A stretch of DNA of 64,000 nt from contig CBDBCZ010000015.1 in NCBI GenBank assembly GCA_965203295.1, positions 1,152,001-1,216,000 of the forward strand, read 5' to 3'. Numbering within the stretch: position 1 is the first letter of the stretch; each line of letters begins with the position of its first letter. Under the pieces are notes generated by a model that saw only the letters and a list, made by a program, of their open reading frames with translations, made no database searches and was not told the origin of the DNA. The translations under genes and the position numbers were made by a program. Shown here one piece after another: positions 54,101 through 64,000 of this stretch. The stretch comes from Nitrospirales bacterium (GTDB taxonomy: Bacteria > Nitrospirota > Nitrospiria > Nitrospirales > UBA8639).

Positions 54101-57100
54101 AGTAACTAGCTACCATTGATCTGACCCTTCCCAACTGTTTAGGAAAAGAACAGGTTATTCAAAGGCTTGATTAGTTTTAATGATGTTAGTCGAATACAAT
54201 ACATGTTTAGGAAGTGTCGATGTTCAAGAAAGGAACTGGTTATTCAAAGGCTTGTTTAGTTTGGTTGATGTTAGTCTTAAGATTAGGAAAGAAGGATTTT
54301 ATTGAAAATTGTTTGTTTTGTTGGTCTCTTGCAATGACTTTAATTAAGCCAAAGTTACTAGCTACCATTGATCTGACCTTTCCGAACTATTTAGAAAAAG
54401 AGCTGGTTATTTAAAGGCTTGTTTTGTTTGAATGATATTAGTCAGATTCAATACATGCTTAGGAAGTATCAATGTTCAAGAAAGGAACTGGTTATTTAAA
54501 GGTCTTTTTAGTTTGGTTGATGTTAGTTTGCAGATTAGGAAAGAAGGATATTATTTAAAATTGTTAGTTTTTTTGTCTCTAGCAAAGACTTTAAGCCAAA
54601 GTAACTGGCTACCATTTATCTGACCCTTCCCAACTGTTTAGAAAAAGAGCTGGTTATTCAAAGGCCTGTTTAGTTTTGTTGATGTTAGCCTGAAGATTAG
54701 GAAAGAAGGATTTTATTGAAAATTGTTAGTTTTGTTGGTCTCAGGCAAAGACTTTCAGCCAAAGTAACTGGCTACCATTGATCTGACCCTTCCCAACTGT
54801 TTAGGAAAAGAACTGGTTATTCAAAGGCTTGTTTAGTTTGAATGATGTTAGTCAAATACAATACATGCCTAGGAAGTATCGATGTTCAAGAATGGAACTT
54901 GTTATTGAAAGGCTTGTTCAGTTTGGTTGATGTTCGTCTGAAGATTAGGAAAGAAGGATATATTGAAAATTGTTAGTTTTGTTGGTCTTTAGCAAAGACT
55001 TTAAGCCAAAGTAACTAGCTACCATTGATCTGACCCTTCCCAACTGTTTAGAAAATGAACTGGTTATTCAAAGGCCTGTTTAGTTTGAATGATGTTAGTC
55101 AGATACTATACACGCTTAGGAAGTATCGATGTTCAAGAAAGGAACTGGTTATTCAAAGGCTTGTTTAGTTTGGTTGATGTTAGTCTGCAGATTAGGAAAG
55201 AAGTATTTTATAGAAAATCGTTAGTTTTGTTGGTCTCTACGAAAGACTTTGAGCCAAAGTAACTAGCTACCATTGATCTGACCCTTCCCAACTGTTTAGG
55301 AAAAGAACTTGTTATTCAAAGGCTTGTTTAGTTTAAATGATGTTAGTCAGATACAATACATGCTCAGGAAGTATCGATGTTCAAGAAAGGAACTGGTTAT
55401 TCAAAGGCTTGTTTAGTTTGCTTGATGTTAGTCTGCAGATTAGGAAAGAAGTATTTTATATAAAATTGTTAGTTTTGTTGGTCTCTATAAAAGACTTTAA
55501 GCAAAAGTAACTAGCTACCATTTATCTGACCCTTCCGAACTGTTTAGAAAAAGAACTGGTTACTCAAAGGCCTGTTTAGTTTTGTTGATGTTAGCCTGAA
55601 GATTAGGAAAGAAGGATTTTATTGAAAATTGTTAGTTTTGTTGGTCTCTAGCAAAGACTTAAAGCCAAAGTTACTAGCTACCATTTATCTGACCCTTCCA
55701 AACTATTTAGAAAATGAGCTGGTTATTCAAAGGCTTGTTTAGTTTGCTTGATGTTAGTCTGCAGATTAGGAAAGAAGGATTTTATTTAAAACTGTTATTT
55801 TTTTTGTCTCTAGTAAAGATTTTAAGCCAAAGTAACTTGCTACCCTTTTTCTGACCCTTCCCAACTGTTTAGAAAAAGAGCTGGTTATTCAAAGGCCTGT
55901 TTAGTTTTGTTGATGTTAGCCTGAAGATTAGGAAAGAAGGATTTTATTGAAAATTGTTAGTTTTGTTGGTCTCTAGCAAAGATTTTAAGCCAAAGTAACT
56001 TGCTACCCTTTTTCTGACCCTTCCTAACTGTTTAGAAAAAGAGCTGGTTATTCAAAGGCCTGTTTAGTTTTGTTGATGTTAGCCTGAAGATTAGGAAAGA
56101 AGGATTTTATTGAAAATTGTTAGTTTTGTTGGTCTCAGACAAAGACTTTCAGCCAAAGTAACTGGCTACCATTGATCTGACCCTTCCCAACTGTTTAGGA
56201 AAAGAACTTGTTATTCAAAGGCTTGTTTAGTTTTAATGATGTTAGTCAGATACAATACATGCTTAGGAAGTATCGATGTTCAAGAAAGGAACTGGTTATT
56301 CAAAGGCTTGTTTAGTTTGCTTGATGTTAGTCTGCAGATTAGGAAAGAAGTATTTTATAGAAAATCGTTAGTTTTGTTGGTCTCTAGCAAAGACTTTCAG
56401 CCAAAGTAACTAGCTACCATTCATCTGACCCTTCCCAACTGTTTAGGATAAGAACTGGTTATTCAAAGGCTTGATTAGTTTTAATGATTTCAGTCGGATA
56501 CAATTCATGTTTAGGAAGTGTCGATATTCAAGAAAGGAACTGGTTATTCAAAGGCTTGTTTAGTTTGGTTGATGTTAGTCTGAAGATTAGGAAAGAAGGA
56601 TTTTATTGAAAATTGTTAGTTTTTTTTGTCTCAGGCAAAGACTTTCAGCCAAAGTAACGAGCTACCATTGATCTGACCCTTCCTAACTGTTTAGGAAAAG
56701 AACTGGTTATTCAAAGGCTTGTTTAGTTTGGTTGATGTTAGTCTGAAGATTAGGAAAGAAGGATTTTATTTAAAATTGTTAGTTTTTTTTGTCTCTAGCA
56801 AAGATTTTAAGCCAAAGTAACTTGCTACCCTTTTTCTGACCCTTCCCAACTGTTTAGAAAAAGAGCTGGTTATTCAAAGGCCTGTTTAGTTTTGTTGATG
56901 TTAGCCTGAAGATTAGGAAAGAAGGATTTTATTGAAAATTTTTAGTTTTGTTTGTCTCAGGCAAAGACTTTCAGCCAAAGTAACGGGCTACCATTGATCC
57001 GACCCTTTCCAACTGTTTAGGAAAAGAACTTGTTATTCAAAGGCTTGTTTAGTTTGAATGATGTTAATCAGATACAATACATGCTTAGGAAGTATCGCTG

Positions 57101-60100
57101 TTCAAGAAAGGAACTGGTTATTCAAAGGCTTGTTTAGTTTGGTTGTTGTTAGTCTGAAGATTAGGAAAAAAGGATTTTATTCAAAATCGTTATTTTTGTT
57201 GGTCTCAGGCAAAGACTTTCAGCCAAAGTAACTGTCTACCATTGATCTGACCCTTCCCAAATGTTTAGGAAAAGAACTTGTTATTCAAAGGCTTGTTTAG
57301 TTTGAATGATGTTAGTCAGATACAATACATGCTTAGGAAGTATCGATGTTCAAGAAAGGAACTGGTTATTCAAAGGCTTGTTTAGTTTGAATGATGTTAG
57401 TCAAATACAATACATGCCTAGGAAGTATCGATGTTCAAGAATGGAACTTGTTATTGAAAGGCTTGTTCAGTTTGGTTGATGTTCGTCTGAAGAATAGGAA
57501 AGAAGGATATATTGAAAATTGTTAGTTTTGTTGGTCTTTAGCAAAGACTTTAAGCCAAAGTAACTAGCTACCATTGATCTGACCCTTCCCAACTGTTTAG
57601 AAAATGAACTGGTTATTCAAAGGCCTGTTTAGTTTGAATGATGTTAGTCAGATACTATACACGCTTAGGAAGTATCGATGTTCAAGAAAGGAACTGGTTA
57701 TTCAAAGGCTTGTTTAGTTTGGTTGATGTTAGTCTGCAGATTAGGAAAGAAGTATTTTATAGAAAATGGTTAGTTTTGTTGGTCTCTAGGAAAGACTTTG
57801 AGCCAAAGTAACTAGCTACCATTGATCTGACCCTTCCCAACTGTTTAGGAAAAGAACTTGTTATTCAAAGGCTTGTTTAGTTTAAATGATGTTAGTCAGA
57901 TACAATACATGCTCAGGAAGTATCGATATTCATGAAAGGAACTGGTTATTCAAAGGCTTGTTTAGTTTGCTTGATGTTAGTCTGCAGATTAGGAAAGAAG
58001 TATTTTATATAAAATTGTTAGTTTTGTTGGTCTCTATAAAAGACTTTAAGCAAAAGTAACTAGCTACCATTTATCTGACCCTTCCAAACTATTTAGAAAA
58101 TGAGCTGGTTATTCAAAGGCTTGTTTAGTTTGCTTGATGTTAGTCTGCAGATTAGGAAAGAAGGATTTTATTTAAAACTGTTATTTTTTTTGTCTCTAGT
58201 AAAGATTTTAAGCCAAAGTAACTTGCTACCCTTTTTCTGACCCTTCCCAACTGTTTAGAAAAAGAGCTGGTTATTCAAAGGCCTGTTTAGTTTTGTTGAT
58301 GTTAGCCTGAAGATTAGGAAAGAAGGATTTTATTGAAAATTGTTAGTTTTGTTGGTCTCTAGCAAAGATTTTAAGCCAAAGTAACTCTCTACCCTTTTTC
58401 TGACCCTTCCTAACTGTTTAGAAAAAGAGCTGGTTGTTCAAAGGCCTGTTTAGTTTTGTTGATGTTAGCCTGAAGATTAGGAAAGAAGGATTTTATTGAA
58501 AATTGTTAGTTTTGTTGGTCTCAGACAAAGACTTTCAGCCAAAGTAACTGGCTACCATTGATCTGACCCTTCCCAACTGTTTAGGAAAAGAACTTGTTAT
58601 TCAAAGGCTTGTTTAGTTTTAATGATGTTAGTCAGATACAATACATGCTTAGGAAGTATCGATGTTCAAGAAAGGAACTGGTTATTCAAAGGCTTGTTTA
58701 GTTTGCTTGATGTTAGTCTGCAGATTAGGAAAGAAGTATTTTATAGAAAATTGTTAGTTTTGTTGGTCTCTAGCAAAGACTTTCAGCCAAAGTAACTAGC
58801 TACCATTCATCTGACCCTTCCCAACTGTTTAGGAAAAGAACTGGTTATTCAAAGGCTTGATTAGTTTTAATGATTTCAGTCGGATACAATACATGTTTAG
58901 GAAGTGTCGATATTCAAGAAAGGAACTGGTTATTCAAAGGCTTGTTTAGTTTGGTTGATGTTAGTCTGAAGATTAGGAAAGAAGGATTTTATTGAAAATT
59001 GTTAGTTTTTTTTGTCTCAGGCAAAGACTTTCAGCCAAAGTAACTAGCTACCATTGATCTGACCCTTCCTAACTGTTTAGGAAAAGAACTGGTTATTCAA
59101 AGGCTTGTTTAGTTTGGTTGATGTTAGTCTGAAGATTAGGAAAGAAGGATTTTATTTAAAATTGTTAGTTTTTTTGTCTCTAGCAAAGATTTTAAGCCAA
59201 AGTAACTTGCTACCCTTTTTCTGACCCTTCCCAACTGTTTAGAAAAAGAGCTGGTTATTCAAAGGCCTGTTTAGTTTTGTTGATGTTAGCCTGAAGATTA
59301 GGAAAGAAGGATTTTATTGAAAATTGTTAGTTTTGTTTGTCTCAGGCAAAGACTTTCAGCCAAAGTAACTGGCTACCATTGATCCGACCCTTTCCAACTG
59401 TTTAGGAAAAGAACTTGTTATTCAAAGGCTTGTTTAGTTTGAATGATGTTAATCAGATACAATACATGCTTAGGAAGTATCGCTGTTCAAGAAAGGAACT
59501 GGTTATTCAAAGGCGTGTTTAGTTTGGTTGTTGTTAGTCTGAAGATTAGGAAAAAAGGATTTTATTCAAAATCGTTATTTTTGTTGGTCTCAGGCAAAGA
59601 CTTTCAGCCAAAGTAACTGTCTACCATTGATCTGACCCTTCCCAAATGTTTAGGAAAAGAACTTGTTATTCAAAGGCTTGTTTAGTTTGAATGATGTTAG
59701 TCAGATACAATACATGCTTAGGAAGTATCGATGTTCAAGAAAGGAACTGGTTATTCAAAGGCTTGTTTAGTTTGGTTGATGTTAGTCTGCAGATTAGGAA
59801 AGAAGTATTTTATTTTTTTGCAGCCAAAGTATCTAGCTACCATTGATATTTCCCCTCCCAACTGTCTTGGAAAAGAACTGGTTTATGATTCAATCATTTT
59901 TTTAGTTTAACTGATGTTTGTCAGATACAATACATACATGTTTAGAAGGTAAGGGTTTTCACTAATAATTGGTACAATTTTAGCTTTATTGGTCTCAGGA
60001 AACTTTCAGTCAAAACAACTAGCTACCATTGATCTGACCCTTCCCAACTGTCTAGGAAAGAAATTGGTTTAAGATTTAATAGCTTGTTTAGTTTGAATGA

Positions 60101-63100
60101 TGTTTGTCGGATACAATACATGCTTAGGAATTATTGATGTTCAAGACCGGAACTGGTTATTCAAAGGCTTGTTTAGTTTGGTTGATGTTAGTCTGAAGAT
60201 TAGGAAAGAAGGATTTCATTGAAAATTGTTAGATTTGTTGGTCTCTGGCAAAGACTTTAAGCCAAAGTCACTAGCTACCATTGATCTGACCCTTCCCAAC
60301 TGTTTAGAAAAAGAACTGGTTATTCAAAGGCTTATTTAGTTTGAATAATGTTAGTCAGATACAATACATACTTAGGAAGTAAGGGTTTTGACTGAAAATT
60401 ATCAGTTTTATTGGTCTCAGGCAAAGACTTTCAGCCAAACTAAGTAGCTACCATTGATCTGACCCTTCCCAAGTGTCTAGGAAAGAAATTGGTGTAAGAT
60501 TTAATAGGTTGTTTAGTTTGAATGGTGTTAGTCGGATACAATACATGTTTAGGAAGTATCGATGTTCAAGAAAGGAACTGGTTATTCAAAGGCTTGTTTA
60601 GTTTAGTTGATGTTAGTTGAAGATTAGGAAAGGAGGATTTCATTGAAAATTGTTAGTTTTGTTGGTCTCAGGTAAAGACTTTCAGCCAAAGTATCTAGCT
60701 ACCATTGATCTGACCCCACCCAACTGTCTTGGAAAGGAACTGGTTTATGATTCAACATTTGTTTAGTTTAAATGATGTTTGTCAGATACAATACATACTT
60801 GCTTAGAAAGTAAGGGTTTTCACTAATAATTGGTACAATTTTAGCTTTATTAGTCTCAGGAAACTTTCAGTCAAAACAACTAGCTACCATTGATCTGACC
60901 CTTCCCAACTGTCTAGGAAAGAAATTGGTTTAAGAAGTAATAGCTTGTTTAGTTTGAATGATGTTAGTCGGATACAATACATACTTAGGAAGTATCGATG
61001 TTCAAGACCGGAACTGGTTATTCAAAGGCTTGTTTAGTTTGGTTGATGTTAGTCTGAAGATTAGGAAAGAAGGATTTCAGTGAAAATTGTTAGATTGGTT
61101 GGTCTCTGGCAAAGACTTTAAGCCAAAGTCACTAACTACCATTGATCTGACCCTTCCCAACTGTTTAGAAAAAGAACTGCTTATTCAAAGGCTTGTTTAG
61201 TTTGAATGATGTTAGTCAGATACAATGCATGCTTAGGAAGTATCGATGTTCAAGAAAGGGACTGGTTATTCAAAGGCTTGTTTAGTTTGGTTGATGTTAG
61301 TCTGAAGATTAGGAAAAAAGGATTTTATTCAAAATCGTTATTTTTGTTGGTCTCAGGCAAAGACTTTCAGCCAAAGTAACTGTCTACCATTGATCTGACC
61401 CTTCCCAAATGTTTAGGAAAAGAACTTGTTATTCAAAGGCTTGTTTAGTTTGAATGATGTTAGTCAGATACAATACATGCTTAGGAAGTATCGATGTTCA
61501 AGAAAGGAACTGGTTATTCAAAGGCTTGTTTAGTTTGGTTGATGTTAGTCTGCAGATTAGGAAAGAAGTATTTTATTTTTTTTCAGCCAAAGTATCTAGC
61601 TACCATTGATATTACCCCTCCCAACTGTCTCTTGGAAAAGAACTGGTTTATGATTCAATCATTTGTTTAGTTTAAATGATGTTTGTCACATACAATACAT
61701 ACATATTTAGAAGGTAAGGGTTTTCACTAATAATTGGTACAATTTTAGCTTTATTGGTCTCAGGAAACTTTCAGTCAAAACAACTAGCTACCATTGATCT
61801 GACCCTTCCCAACTGTCTAGGAAAGAAATTGGTTTAAGATTTAATAGCTTGTTTAGTTTGAATGATGTTAGTCAGATTCAATACATGCTTAGGAAGTATC
61901 GATGTTCAAGACCGGAACTGGTTATTCAAAGGCTTGTTTAGTTTGGTTGATGTTAGTCTGAAGATTAGGAAAGAAGGATTTCAGTTAAAATTGTTAGATT
62001 GGTTGGTCTCTGGCAAAGACTTTAAGCCAAAGTCACTAACTACCATTGATCTGACCCTTCCCAACTGTTTAGAAAAAGAACTGGTTATTCAAAGGCTTGT
62101 TTAGTTTGAATGATGTTAGTCAGATACAATACACGCTTAGGAAGTATCGATGTTCAAGAAAGGAACTTGTTATTCAAGGGCTTGTTTGGTTTCGTTCATG
62201 TTAGTCTGAAGATTAGGAAAGAAGGATTTTAATGAAAATTATTAGTTTTGTTGGTCTCTAACAAAGACTTTAAGCCAAAGTTACTACCTACCTTTGATCT
62301 GACCCTTCCCAACTGTTTAGAAAAAGAGCTGGTTATTCAAAAGCTTGTTTAGTTTGAATGACGTTAGTCTGAAGATTAGGAAAGAAGGATTTTATTGAAA
62401 ATTATTAGTTTTGTTGGTCTCTAGCAAAGACTTTAAGCCAATGTTACTAGCTACCTTTGATCTGACCCTTCCCAACTGTTTAGAAAAAGAGCTGGTTATT
62501 CAAAAGCTTGTTTAGTTTGAATGATGTTAGTCTGAAGATTAGGAAAGAAGGATTTTATTGAAAATTGTTAGTTTTGTTGGTTTGTAGCAAAGACTTTAAG
62601 CCAAAGTCACTAGCTACCATTGATCTGACCCTTCCCAACTGTTTAGAAAAGAACTGGTTATTCAAAGGCTTGTTTTGTTTGAATGATATTAGTCAGATAC
62701 AATACATGCTTAGGAAGTATCAATGTTCAAGAAAGGAACTGGTTATTCAAAGGCTTGTTTAGTTTGGTTGATGTTAGTTTGCAGATTAGGAAAGAAGGAT
62801 TTTATTTAAAATTGTTAGTTTTTTAGTCTATAGCAAAGACTTTAAGCCAAAGTAACTTGCTACCATTTATCTGACCCTTCCCAACTGTTTAGGAAAAGAA
62901 CTGGTTATTCAAAGGCTTATTTAGTTTGAATGATGTTAGTCATATACAATACACGCTTAGGAAGTATCGATGTTCAAGAAAGGAACTTGTTATTCAAAGG
63001 CTTGTTTAGTTTGAATGATGTTAGTCAGATACAATACATGCTTAGGAAGTATCAATGTTCAAGAAAGGAACTGGTTATTCAAATGCTTATTTAGTTTGCT

Positions 63101-64000
63101 TGATTTTAGTCTGCAGATTAGGAAAGAAGGATTTTATTTAAAATTGTTAGTTTTTTAGTCTATAGCAAAGACTTTAAGCCAAAGTAACTTGCTACCATTT
63201 ATCTGACCCTTCCCAACTGTTTAGGAAAAGAACTGGTTATTCAAAGGCTTATTTAGTTTGAATGATGTTAGTCATATACAATACACGCTTAGGAAGTATC
63301 GATGTTCAAGAAAGGAACTTGTTATTCAAAGGCTTGTTTAGTTTGAATGATGTTAGTCAGATACAATACATGCTTAGGAAGTATCAATGTTCAAGAAAGG
63401 AACTGGTTATTCAAATGCTTATTTAGTTTGCTTGATTTTAGTCTGCAGATTAGGAAAGAAGTATTTTATAGAAAATCGTTAGTTTTGTTCTTCTCTAGGA
63501 AAGACTTTGAGCCAAAGTAACTGGCTACCATTGATCTGACCCTTCCCAACTGTTTAGGAAAAGAACTGGTTATTCAAAGGCTGGTTTAGTTTTAATGATG
63601 TTAGTCAGATACAATACATGCTTAGGAAGTATCGCTGTTCAAGAAAGGAACTGGTTATTCAAAGGCTTGATTAGTTTTAATGATTTTAGTCGGATGCAAT
63701 ACATGTTTAGGAAGTGTCGATGTTCAAGAAAGGAACTGGTTATTCAAAGGCTTGTTTAGTTTGAATGATGTTAGTCTGAAGATTAGGAAAGAAGGATTTT
63801 ATTGAAAATTGTTAGTTTTGTTGGTGTCTAGCAAAGACTTTAAGCCAAAGTTACTACCTACCATTTATCTGACCCTTCCGAACTATTTAGAAATTGAGCT
63901 GGTTATTTAAAGGCTTGTTTTGTTTGAATGATATTAGTCAGATTCAATACATGCTTAGGAAGTATCAATGTTCAAGAAAGGAACTGGTTATTCAAAGGCT
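39112..64000 (+). repeat. Satellite DNA array, block 4 (runs off the window end)
   Basis: Same A/B modules and orientation. Diverged-monomer islands lie at ~44740-45030, ~59810-60950 and ~61575-61850. Confidence 0.98.

Overview
This window is eukaryotic, probably invertebrate metazoan, heterochromatin-type DNA; the taxon cannot be fixed from sequence alone. About 53.5 kb of the 64 kb is one co-oriented AT-rich satellite built from two modules, A (163 bp) and B (85 bp), which share a 44-bp core and are concatenated in variable order (AB = 248 bp). It also contains islands of a diverged 177/186-bp monomer and several kb-scale higher-order duplications. Three non-satellite inserts interrupt it. 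(1) A ~712-bp element (5795-6506) opens with a 163-bp palindrome carrying four tandem GA/GA mismatches and a GCGAAGC loop, so it should fold stably on one strand only. (2) A 973-bp element (7478-8450) has 23-bp TIRs, no evident TSD and a nested LINE 3' end. (3) An ~8.76-kb island (30357-39113) holds four phase-compatible exons of an unidentified, apparently dead gene, a decayed LINE RT split by a DINE-1/HINE-like element, two inverted copies of a tRNA-derived SINE plus (CA/TG)n, and three copies (two complete, one truncated) of an unclassified ~0.5-kb element with CACG...CRTG ends and a terminal hairpin. No intact protein-coding gene was found. The supplied ORFs are chance, microsatellite or satellite frames, or pieces of the decayed elements.
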